Source of the DNA: Minisyncoccota bacterium
GTDB lineage: Bacteria; Patescibacteriota; Minisyncoccia; Phycocordibacterales; SBAW01
Direction of reading: 5' to 3'
DNA: 64,000 nt
NCBI GenBank assembly: GCA_018060985.1
Contig: JAGOUZ010000001.1
Location: 85,057 to 149,056 of the forward strand
In this document: one piece after another, positions 53,065-61,268 of the stretch
Numbering within the stretch: the first letter of the stretch is position 1
How the letters are laid out: each line of letters opens with the position of its first letter
Notes under the pieces: model-generated
Told to the model about the DNA's origin: nothing
Seen by the model: only the letters and a program-made list of their open reading frames with translations
Databases searched by the model: none
Translations under genes and position numbers: made by a program

Positions 53065-53451
53065 TTAGGCCGCAACTGCGTTATCCCCCTCTGCTACTGT
53101 TGGAGCTTCTGCGGGAGCAGTTTCTGCTGCCGCGACTGGTGCCGCTGCTTCAGGAGCCGCTTCACCTTCTACTTTCGGAGGAGACTTGCGAGGAAGCACG
53201 TTTATTTTTTTGCCTTCGATAACTTTTTGAGAAACAAGGAGGTTGTGAACGGTGTCAGAAACGGTAGTGCCCATAGAGATCCAGTGCTTAATGCGATCTG
53301 CCTTAAGCTCAACACGGTCCGTGCGGGCGTCGTACGAGCCAAGCATCTCTTTGTAGTTGCCGGTCTTTGCGGCACGTTTTGCCTCAACCAAAATAACCCG
53401 GAAAGATGGGTCGTTTTTGCGGCCTACGCGCTGTAATCTGATCGTCTGCAT
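53065..53451 (-). CDS. rpsP: 30S ribosomal protein S16 with an Ala/Pro/Glu-rich C-terminal extension
   Basis: MQTIRLQRVGRKNDPSFRVILVEAKRAAKTGNYKEMLGSYD... Confidence 0.9.
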   Translation of the reverse strand: MQTIRLQRVGRKNDPSFRVILVEAKRAAKTGNYKEMLGSYDARTDRVELKADRIKHWISMGTTVSDTVHNLLVSQKVIEGKKINVLPRKSPPKVEGEAAPEAAAPVAAAETAPAEAPTVAEGDNAVAA

Positions 53452-53494
53452 GTGTGGCTAGCAGAGTAGCATATATGTGCTATAGTGGCAATAA

Positions 53495-55426
53495 GTGGCA
53501 ACAGCTAGAGAGAAAGGACCGAAAAAACTCATCTCCGGAGTCATCCAGGTAAACCGCAGAGGGACGGGATATCTCGCATGGCCGGAAGATCCTGAAAAAG
53601 AGGATATTGAGGTTAAAACCGATCAACTCGGTGGCGCTTTAAACGGCGATACCGTTGAAGTAGAGCTTGCAGGGCTCTTCCCTCGCCCGCACGGCAAAGT
53701 ACAGAAAGTCGTTACGCGCGCTAAAGAAGAATTTGTTGCAACGATTAAAGACCCTCGCACCGCGACCGCAGACGATCAGCGCTTTTATCGCCCCTTTTCT
53801 CTTGTAGAACCAAGTAACTACGCACCCGGCGAAAAGGTGTTGGTGCAGCTCGTGTCGTTTGACGGCAAGACGGATCCTAAGGGCATGATTGTGAAGCACC
53901 TCGGTAAAGCCGGCGAGCACAAGGTAGAGATGAACGCGATCGTGCTTGCTCATGGCTTTAGAACCGAGTTTCCTGAAGCAGCCGTACGCGAGGCTCGCGA
54001 CCTGGAGGCCCGCCACTCTGAAATTATTGAAGAAGAGCTACAGAAACGCACCGACTTCCGCGGTACGCCCACGATGACGATCGACCCAGCCGACGCTAAA
54101 GATTTTGACGACGCCCTTTCGCTTGCTGCGCTTCCCAATGGCGAGTTTGAGGTTGGCGTACATATTGCCGACGCAACGCACTTTGTCGTGCCAGGCACAG
54201 CGCTCGACGACGAGGCCCAACGCCGCGGCACCAGCGTGTATCTTGTCGACTCGACCATACCGATGCTGCCTCACGAACTTTCTGCAGGCATTGCGTCCCT
54301 TAAACCAGACGAAGATCGCCTCGCCTTTTCTGCAATATTTAGAATGAATGAGAAAGCGCAGGTACTAGAAAGACGCTTTGAAAAGACAGTAATACGCTCG
54401 CAGAAGAGATTTACCTACGAAGAGGCGCAGGAAGTTTTGAATAAAGGCCAAGGGACGTTTATAGAAGAGCTGGGCCATATGCGCCAGCTTGCGAGGGTGA
54501 TGCGCAAACAGCGCGAGCATGAGGGCGCCATAGACTTTGGCGACAACGAAGTAAAATTCAAACTCGATGAGAACGGCAAGGTCATAGACATTGTGCGCAA
54601 GACGCGCATTGAGACCATGCTGATGATTGAGGAGTTTATGCTCCTTGCTAACCGCGAGGTCGCAACACACATATCTAAACTTGCAGAAAAAGTGCCGGAG
54701 AAGAACATGGTGTTCCTCTACCGCATCCACGACGAACCAAAAGAAGACCGCATTGGAGAACTTGCCACCTTTGTTCGTGCTATCGGCTACGAATTTGGCA
54801 GCCAAAAGAAAAAGCCTACCGTAAAAGACATCGCAAAGCTTCTTAAAGATATCGAGGGCAAGCCTGAGGAGCATTTAATCCGCACTGCAACCCTGCGCTC
54901 GATGGCCAAGGCGATCTACTCGACCAAAAATATCGGACACTTTGGACTCGCCTTCCGTTACTACACGCACTTTACGTCGCCCATCCGTCGCTACCCCGAC
55001 ATGTTGGCGCACCGCATCCTTGCATCGCATCTAAGCGGCAAGCCTATAACGCGCAGTGAGTTCGGTAACCTAGAAAAAATGTGTATCGCTGCCTCAGCAC
55101 GCGAGGCAGAAGCCGTTGATGCAGAGCGCGAGTCTATCCGCTACAAACAGGTTGAGTATATGGCTACGAAAATTGGCCAGGAGTTCGACGGGGTTATCTC
55201 CGGCGTCACCGACTGGGGACTTTATGTTGAAGAAAAGCTAAGTGCAGCAGAAGGCTTGGTGCGTATTCGCACGCTCGGCCAGGAGTTTTTTACCTATGCA
55301 CCTAAAGCATACGCCATTGTAGGTGAGCGTACAAAGAAAAAATACGTCCTTGGTGACAAGGTACGTATTAAATTAGTAGGTGCGGACCTGTTGGCCCGCA
55401 CCCTAGACTTTGAGTTGGCCCGTTAG
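53495..55426 (+). CDS. rnr: Ribonuclease R / RNase II-family 3'-5' exoribonuclease
   Basis: RNB catalytic domain (TIDPADAKDFDDALS...) and a C-terminal S1-like region (GVISGVTDWGLYVEE). Confidence 0.85.
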   Translation: MATAREKGPKKLISGVIQVNRRGTGYLAWPEDPEKEDIEVKTDQLGGALNGDTVEVELAGLFPRPHGKVQKVVTRAKEEFVATIKDPRTATADDQRFYRPFSLVEPSNYAPGEKVLVQLVSFDGKTDPKGMIVKHLGKAGEHKVEMNAIVLAHGFRTEFPEAAVREARDLEARHSEIIEEELQKRTDFRGTPTMTIDPADAKDFDDALSLAALPNGEFEVGVHIADATHFVVPGTALDDEAQRRGTSVYLVDSTIPMLPHELSAGIASLKPDEDRLAFSAIFRMNEKAQVLERRFEKTVIRSQKRFTYEEAQEVLNKGQGTFIEELGHMRQLARVMRKQREHEGAIDFGDNEVKFKLDENGKVIDIVRKTRIETMLMIEEFMLLANREVATHISKLAEKVPEKNMVFLYRIHDEPKEDRIGELATFVRAIGYEFGSQKKKPTVKDIAKLLKDIEGKPEEHLIRTATLRSMAKAIYSTKNIGHFGLAFRYYTHFTSPIRRYPDMLAHRILASHLSGKPITRSEFGNLEKMCIAASAREAEAVDAERESIRYKQVEYMATKIGQEFDGVISGVTDWGLYVEEKLSAAEGLVRIRTLGQEFFTYAPKAYAIVGERTKKKYVLGDKVRIKLVGADLLARTLDFELAR

Positions 55427-55716
55427 TCCCGGAGTCCGAAATTGGTGATCTGATCCACCGGGATCTTCTTGCCGGATTCGAGGACGGGGCTGACCGCCGG
55501 CACACCACCAGCAACGAGGACATCGAACTGACTCACCAGCGTCTTGCTCGGCAAGTCGTCCCGCTCGACAGCTTCGGGCTTCTGCAGCGCATCGAGCTTA
55601 TCGCCATTGAGCAGCCGACGAAGCCCCCAGACAAAGCCATTGCAGTCGCGACCGACCCAAAAGACATAGTCGCCGTGCTCCTCCTGGCCACCCTGAAATT
55701 CCGACTTATTGCCCAA
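55423..55716 (-). CDS. Hypothetical protein (TTG start, strong RBS); GC-elevated segment
   Basis: GGAGGA sits 6 nt before the TTG start. 97 aa, no family recognised. GC about 58%, above the local background. Confidence 0.4.
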   Translation of the reverse strand: MGNKSEFQGGQEEHGDYVFWVGRDCNGFVWGLRRLLNGDKLDALQKPEAVERDDLPSKTLVSQFDVLVAGGVPAVSPVLESGKKIPVDQITNFGLRD

Positions 55717-55787
55717 GATAAATCCTCCGTTGAAAAATGTGCACTTCCGCCCTATACGGAATCCTTTTTACTTAACCACAAACAGGG

Positions 55788-58028
55788 CTATTTGGCTACC
55801 GCTGCCGCTTCTTCAAAATTGACTGAGAGAAGTTTGGACGCGCCGTCACTGCCCATGGTTACGCCGTAGAGTATGCCAGCGCGTGACATCGTTTCGCGGT
55901 TATGGCTTATCAATATAAGCTGCGACTTCTTAGCCAAGTTTTCAATCATGTCTCCATAGCGGCGCGAGTTGGCCTCGTCGAGCGCTGCATCAGTTTCGTC
56001 GAGTATGAGGAACGGCGGCGGATTTACTTGGCTCATTGCAAAGATTAGCGCAATCGAGGTAAGCGCACGCTCGCCCCCGGAGAGCATGTGGAGGCCTTTA
56101 ACACGCTTGTGCGGTAGCGAAACAGTAATTTCTATACCCTCTTCTACTTCTTCCAAGTCCTCATCACGCTCCTCCTCTTCGCCGTCCCCCATTTCGCCTT
56201 CTTGCGCACCGGCGCCGCGCTTGAGCTTCTTCTCTTTAACAATCACCAGAGCCGCCGTGCCGCCGCCAAACATAAGCTTAAAGAACGAATCAAACTCTTT
56301 ATTAATTTTATTGATACCGCTTACAAAGCGGGTCTCCAAAGTCTCGGTCAACTCCTCAATAAGCTGGTTCAGTTTATCTGCAGAAGACTCAAGGTCAGTA
56401 AGCTCGCGTGCCAAAAACTCGTCGCGCTCAACGGTTTCTTTATGCTCTTTCAAAATTTCGTTGGTATTACCAAGACCGGTCTCCTCGAGGCGTATCTTCA
56501 TGCGCTCTAGCTTGCGACGGCGTTCTTCTTGTTTAATGCGTGGCTCGTCGGCTATGTCTGCGTTTGAAATGGGGTGGCCATCGGTGTCGCGCGGCGTATG
56601 CGAAGCGTAGTCTAAGACCGCGCGACCGATAAGCACAGAGGCTTCCGCAAGCTCGCTCTTAAACTGCTCATGCTCACGCGCAAGCATCTCTTCGCGAGCG
56701 CGAAAGCCCACCAACGTGGCCTCAAGTTCGCCGCGGCGCGCCATCGCAGCAAAAAGTTCGCGCTCGGCCTCGCGGCTGGCGTCCTTTTCGCTCTCTATCT
56801 TTCTGCGCAAGCTTTCGACTGCCTGTACTGCATGACTAGCGCGCACCTCAAGCTCTTTAAGCTCTGCTTCAAGCTTTTTCTTTTTTTCTTCAAGCTCGGC
56901 AACTGAGTGTCCTGGAGAACTTGGCCCGCTGCTTACATGGGCAATAAAATCACGCACGCGGGTGAGGAGTTTTGACACTCGGTCCCTTAAGTTAGTTGCG
57001 TCAAGACTTTCAAGATCATTCAACAGGGTTTCTGCAAAGTCGCGCACCTTAGATGCGGGCACCGTTGCACCGCTGTCTTGTGCCATGCGTGTATGAGCCG
57101 CAAGTTCGCCCTCAATGCGCCCCAGCTCACGACCAAGGGAGTCGCGCCTTGATGAAACCGTACGGCCCTCCTGTTCAAGTTGCATGAGCTCCTGCGCTTC
57201 TCCATCGTTCTTCTTCTTACCCACTTCAGCCCGCAGGTGAGCAACTTTAGCATCGAGCTTTTTACGTTCATCGGCAGGGCCTGCAATTTCTTCTTTTAAG
57301 GTCTCTTCAGCAATATGCAGGTACACACTTTCGCGCTTCAAATAATCTAGATACTTTTCAGAAAGTTCTTCGCGCAACACGCGAGACTCTTCTATCTTTT
57401 TGACCTGGCCTGACAAAAATTTAAGGTGTGGCACCAGCTCGCGACGCAGGGCCTCTACCTCGCGCATGTTTTCTGCCGTTTTTTCCAGCTTTCGCTCCGC
57501 TTCTTCGCGTTTATATAAATACTGAGTAAGACCAAGGGCGTCTTCGATCATCTCGCGACGCTCCTTGCTCGACGACGACAAAATGCGGTCTGCCTCGCCC
57601 TGCGAAATAATGTGATGCCCCGAGGCACCAATGTTGGCCTGTGCCAACAACTCTGCAATGTCGCGCAGACGCACCACCGAGCCATTCAGCAGGTAGTCGT
57701 TGCCACCATCGCGATACACCACGCGCTCGAGCGCCACTTCATCGAAGTCGAGATTAAGGGCGCGGTCGCTGTTGTCGAAAATAAGTTTAACGCCGGCACG
57801 GCTGCCGCGCGGCGTACTTGGACTGCCGTTCCATATAAGGTCTTCGCCCTTGCGGCCGCGCATCGACTTCATCGACTGCTCGCCGAGCACAAAGCGGAAG
57901 CTTTCTGCAATGTTAGATTTGCCAGAACCATTCGGCCCCACTACCGAGGTTATCGCTGAAGCAAATTCAAGCTGCGTCTTTTTTGCAAAAGACTTAAACC
58001 CCGAGAGCTCAATGCTCTTTAAGCGCAT
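55788..58028 (-). CDS. smc: SMC-family chromosome segregation ATPase, unusually short (746 aa)
   Basis: N-terminal MRLKSIELSGFKSFAKKTQLEFASAITSVVGPNGSGKSN (Walker A). C-terminal LSGGERALTSIALIFAMSQVNPPPFLILDETDAALD (signature + Walker B). The central region is coiled-coil rich. Confidence 0.8.
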   Translation of the reverse strand: MRLKSIELSGFKSFAKKTQLEFASAITSVVGPNGSGKSNIAESFRFVLGEQSMKSMRGRKGEDLIWNGSPSTPRGSRAGVKLIFDNSDRALNLDFDEVALERVVYRDGGNDYLLNGSVVRLRDIAELLAQANIGASGHHIISQGEADRILSSSSKERREMIEDALGLTQYLYKREEAERKLEKTAENMREVEALRRELVPHLKFLSGQVKKIEESRVLREELSEKYLDYLKRESVYLHIAEETLKEEIAGPADERKKLDAKVAHLRAEVGKKKNDGEAQELMQLEQEGRTVSSRRDSLGRELGRIEGELAAHTRMAQDSGATVPASKVRDFAETLLNDLESLDATNLRDRVSKLLTRVRDFIAHVSSGPSSPGHSVAELEEKKKKLEAELKELEVRASHAVQAVESLRRKIESEKDASREAERELFAAMARRGELEATLVGFRAREEMLAREHEQFKSELAEASVLIGRAVLDYASHTPRDTDGHPISNADIADEPRIKQEERRRKLERMKIRLEETGLGNTNEILKEHKETVERDEFLARELTDLESSADKLNQLIEELTETLETRFVSGINKINKEFDSFFKLMFGGGTAALVIVKEKKLKRGAGAQEGEMGDGEEEERDEDLEEVEEGIEITVSLPHKRVKGLHMLSGGERALTSIALIFAMSQVNPPPFLILDETDAALDEANSRRYGDMIENLAKKSQLILISHNRETMSRAGILYGVTMGSDGASKLLSVNFEEAAAVAK

Positions 58029-58105
58029 GACATCATTGTAACAAAAGAAAAGGCCCGGGCTAATATGCCCGGGGCCCTCAACCGCAGCGTTATAGTGGTG
58101 CGGGT

Positions 58106-58336
58106 TTATATATTCTTGCGTAATCGCTCGCGAACAGCCGTAGCCCTTTCACGCATCCTTTTCTGCGCGGGAGTCTCCTCCACAAGCAGCTGTGCAGCCT
58201 TGTCGGCCACACTGACGGCGCGACAAAACCCCGGACTCTTAATCATCCGGCGGGTGGGCAAAAAGTCCTGCACCTCGTCATACGCCTCATGTGCAGCACG
58301 GCGCTGTTCCTTTGAAGTAGCAATAACCCTCGTCAC
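58106..58336 (-). CDS. Small basic hypothetical protein between rnc and smc (GTG start, strong RBS)
   Basis: AAGGAGG sits 7 nt upstream of a GTG start. 76 aa: MTRVIATSKEQRRAAHEAYDEV... Confidence 0.45.
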   Translation of the reverse strand: MTRVIATSKEQRRAAHEAYDEVQDFLPTRRMIKSPGFCRAVSVADKAAQLLVEETPAQKRMRERATAVRERLRKNI

Positions 58337-58379
58337 CAGGACACCTCCTTCTCACAAAAAAACAATTACCTCAACGATC

Positions 58380-59072
58380 TTACCATCCCTTTTCTTCAAG
58401 CGCATTACGGGCAGCATCTTGCTCGGCTTCTTGTTTAGACTTACCTGAACCCTGCGCGAGCAAGTTCTCTTTAACGTAAACGCCCACAATAAACTGCTTA
58501 TCGTGGTCGGGACCGGTTTCGCGCACCACACTGTAGTGCGGCGTTACGCCCTCAATCTCCTGCGCTTTTTCCTGGAGCGTCGACTTAGGGTCGCGCCAAA
58601 GTTTTTTGCTTATTATTTCTTCAATTTTAGGGAAGAGGTGGCGCTCGATAAACTCTTTAGCCTTGTCGTAGCCTTGATCCAGATAAATGGCACCGATGAG
58701 CGCTTCAATAGCATTTGCGAGCAAAATGCCGCGCGCACGGCCCGTGTCTTTAGCCTCGCCTTTTGAAAGCAAGAGGTAGTCGTTCATACCAATGGTGCTC
58801 GCTACCTCAGAGAGAGTAACAGCGTTTACGAGCGCAGCGCGAAACGCGGTTAAGTCGCCTTCCGGCTTATCCGGAAATTTCTCATACAAAAAGTGCGTGA
58901 CGATAAGTTCAAGCACTGCGTCGCCCAAAAACTCGAGGCGCTCGTTGTGCGTAGACACTTCTCCCCGGTGCTCGTTTAGGTACGAGCGGTGGGTAAATGC
59001 CTGTCGCAATAATTCGCCGTCTTTAAATGTTACTCCAATACCTTCTTCGAACGTCTTAAAGTTGCTCGTCAT
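58380..59072 (-). CDS. rnc: Ribonuclease III
   Basis: ERLEFLGDAVLELIV signature and a C-terminal dsRBD. Confidence 0.9.
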   Translation of the reverse strand: MTSNFKTFEEGIGVTFKDGELLRQAFTHRSYLNEHRGEVSTHNERLEFLGDAVLELIVTHFLYEKFPDKPEGDLTAFRAALVNAVTLSEVASTIGMNDYLLLSKGEAKDTGRARGILLANAIEALIGAIYLDQGYDKAKEFIERHLFPKIEEIISKKLWRDPKSTLQEKAQEIEGVTPHYSVVRETGPDHDKQFIVGVYVKENLLAQGSGKSKQEAEQDAARNALEEKGW

Positions 59073-59995
59073 TTTTTCTTATTAGAGTCCTGTAGGGTGT
59101 GTAATCTCTGTACTGCCTTGGTCACAATGGGGAGCATGTCGTCATAAAAGTTAAGCTCAAGTGCATCCTGCACCTTAAACCACTTAGCGTCGTCGAGGCC
59201 TCCCTTTTGCTCGAGGGTGATCTCGGTAAACGGTGACTCTGCCAAAAAGTACGTAACGTGTTTGCGTTTCTTCCCGGTTTCCGGGTCGCTCGCCACATAT
59301 TCGTTCTCGCCCACTTTCTCAACAATCTTTATGGTAAGTCCGAGTTCTTCTTTAATTTCGCGAATGGTGCCCTCTTCTACACTTTCGCTTGCTATCTCCG
59401 GAGCGTCGCCGATTTTTCCTTTCGAAAGGGTCCAGTGACCGAATATATCGTGGACAAGGGCCAAGTAGAGTTCGTTGTGCTGCTTGGCAAACACGATGGC
59501 GCCACCAAGACGCTGTACCGGCATCTGATCGTACGGAATATCCTTCTTCTTTTTAGAGACCTCGTCTTTGCCTGGCTCGCCAAGCTCTTTGTATACCGCT
59601 CCGAGTACGCCGTTTACAAAGCGACCGCTATTCTCGCCGCCAAAACTTTTAGCAAGCTCAATCGCTTCGTTAATAGCCACTTTGGCAGGAACTTTTTCCC
59701 GGTCGGAGAATAGGAGTTCGTAGAGTCCAAGACGCAGTACATTACGGTCAACGGGTGCGATGCGCTCAAGCGGCCACTCGGGCGCCGCTTTGCCAATAAC
59801 TAAGTCGAGGTCGCTTGTACGTTCAAGAACTCCTTTAAGAAGATCCTCCATAAATGGCATATCACCCGCTGCAGGTGCAAACTCACTCACGTTGCGCTCC
59901 AGAGACTCTTTAGCAAGGTCGGGAGAACATTGACGTATATCCCACTCGAAGAGTGTTTGGAGAACAACCGAGCGTGAAAGGTGTCTGTTTGCCAT
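59069..59995 (-). CDS. nusB: Fusion protein: N-terminal NusB-like transcription antitermination domain + C-terminal NUDIX hydrolase domain
   Basis: NusB: RSVVLQTLFEWD...AINEAIELAKSFGGENSGRFVNGVLGAV. NUDIX box: GHWTLSKGKIGDAPEIASESVEEGTIREIKEELGL. Confidence 0.75.
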   Translation of the reverse strand: MANRHLSRSVVLQTLFEWDIRQCSPDLAKESLERNVSEFAPAAGDMPFMEDLLKGVLERTSDLDLVIGKAAPEWPLERIAPVDRNVLRLGLYELLFSDREKVPAKVAINEAIELAKSFGGENSGRFVNGVLGAVYKELGEPGKDEVSKKKKDIPYDQMPVQRLGGAIVFAKQHNELYLALVHDIFGHWTLSKGKIGDAPEIASESVEEGTIREIKEELGLTIKIVEKVGENEYVASDPETGKKRKHVTYFLAESPFTEITLEQKGGLDDAKWFKVQDALELNFYDDMLPIVTKAVQRLHTLQDSNKKK

Positions 59996-60060
59996 TTGTT
60001 GAGGAACTCACTTTAAACTCGCACCGCCCGAGATAGACCCAAGAGCAAAACCAAAATTAC

Positions 60061-60297
60061 CTAGTTCCGTGCTTCGCTCTTATTTCCCTCTTTCTTTGCA
60101 CGCTTGATCTGCTTTGCAGCAGCCTTGCCTGCAATATCAACGACCACCCGGCCCTTGTAGCGACCGCATGCTGGACACGCACGATGTGACACGCGAGCAG
60201 CTCCACATTCGCATGTGGCAAGAACCCGCGCCTTAAGCGCTAGGTGAGCCCGGTGTTGGCCGGTCTGGGACCGGTTATGTCGCATTCGTACGACCAT
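60061..60297 (-). CDS. rpmF: 50S ribosomal protein L32
   Basis: MVVRMRHNRSQTGQHRAHLALK...CECGAARVSHRACPACGRYKGR, matching the L32 pattern. Confidence 0.8.
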   Translation of the reverse strand: MVVRMRHNRSQTGQHRAHLALKARVLATCECGAARVSHRACPACGRYKGRVVVDIAGKAAAKQIKRAKKEGNKSEARN

Positions 60298-60317
60298 GGC
60301 CCTACAGTAACAAAATA

Positions 60318-60362
60318 AGGCTAAAAAGCAAACCCCCGCCCGGTGGACACCGGGGACGGGGG
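60318..60362 (-). terminator. GC-rich hairpin plus U-run on the minus strand between the small Cys-rich ORF and rpmF (terminator or attenuator)
   Basis: Minus strand reads ccccgtccccggtgtccaccgggcggggg followed by tttgcttttt. Confidence 0.45.
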
Positions 60363-60384
60363 CTCGAATAAAACAGGGGTGGCA

Positions 60385-60582
60385 CTAGGCCGCCGCCAAA
60401 GTGAACTTGGGGCAGGATATGCGCATTAGCTCAATAATGATTGAACTGACGTCATCTTTGTCCTTGCACTCTCGCATACAGAGCACATCTCTGCTGGGAG
60501 AAGTTGGATCAGGGTTGAATTTGCAGCGGTCTTTGCAGCCGCCTTTTTTCTTTTGTCCTTTCGGACCTGATGAGGCACTCAT
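60385..60582 (-). CDS. Small Cys-rich, Lys-rich hypothetical ORF upstream of rpmF; coding status uncertain
   Basis: 65 aa with 5 Cys (GCKDRCK...LCMREC...SCP). Sits where a YceD/DUF177-like gene usually lies, but is much shorter. Confidence 0.25.
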   Translation of the reverse strand: MSASSGPKGQKKKGGCKDRCKFNPDPTSPSRDVLCMRECKDKDDVSSIIIELMRISCPKFTLAAA

Positions 60583-60653
60583 GCTGTCAATCGCTCCCTG
60601 GGGGCTTGTTGTTGCAGTACAGGCACTCCTACTACTAGTAGACGATGGTACTC

Positions 60654-61247
60654 CTATTTTGTTGCTATATCAATGTGACAAAATGAACGACGGTGCATAT
60701 CGCAAAGGCCATATATTTCTAGGGCTTTTTTATGAGCTTTGGTCCCGTAGCCTTTATGAACTTCAAACCCATAGTCAGGATACTTAAGCGCCAGCTTATG
60801 CATCAAACGGTCACGCTTCACTTTGGCAGCAATCGAGGCAAGCGATATTAACGGCTCTGTTTCGTCGCCTTTAATGATCGTTGTCTGATCGACAAAATGT
60901 TTGGGTGCGCGCAATGCCCCATCAAGTAGCACCGTGGAGCGCATCGGCGGAGCCTCAAGTGCGCGCAACCCGCGAGCCATAGCCGCACGCACGGCGGGCA
61001 CAATGCCATAGGTGTCTATAAATTTGGCTGAGGAAAATTGTACAGAATATCGTAGCCCGTGCGTTTCGAGTATACGAAGCTTCTCGAACCAGATCTCCCG
61101 CCCGAGTTCGGTCATCTGCTTACTGTCGCGCACCCCATCAAGAAGTGTAAGGTCAAACCGCGCGGGCACCATAACAACGCCTACTGCAACAGGGCCTGCA
61201 AGTGGCCCGCGTCCGGCTTCGTCTATCCCCACAATGACGCGACTCAT
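60654..61247 (-). CDS. rnhB: Ribonuclease HII
   Basis: VIVGIDEAGRGPLAGPVAVGVV and the remaining RNase HII blocks. Start placed at MSRVIVG. Confidence 0.85.
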   Translation of the reverse strand: MSRVIVGIDEAGRGPLAGPVAVGVVMVPARFDLTLLDGVRDSKQMTELGREIWFEKLRILETHGLRYSVQFSSAKFIDTYGIVPAVRAAMARGLRALEAPPMRSTVLLDGALRAPKHFVDQTTIIKGDETEPLISLASIAAKVKRDRLMHKLALKYPDYGFEVHKGYGTKAHKKALEIYGLCDMHRRSFCHIDIATK

Positions 61248-61268
61248 GACAATCAGTATACTGACTCT

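Noticed and set aside
60401-60787. 128-aa + strand ORF
   Set aside because: Overlaps rnhB antisense and the hairpin region; no RBS or domain.
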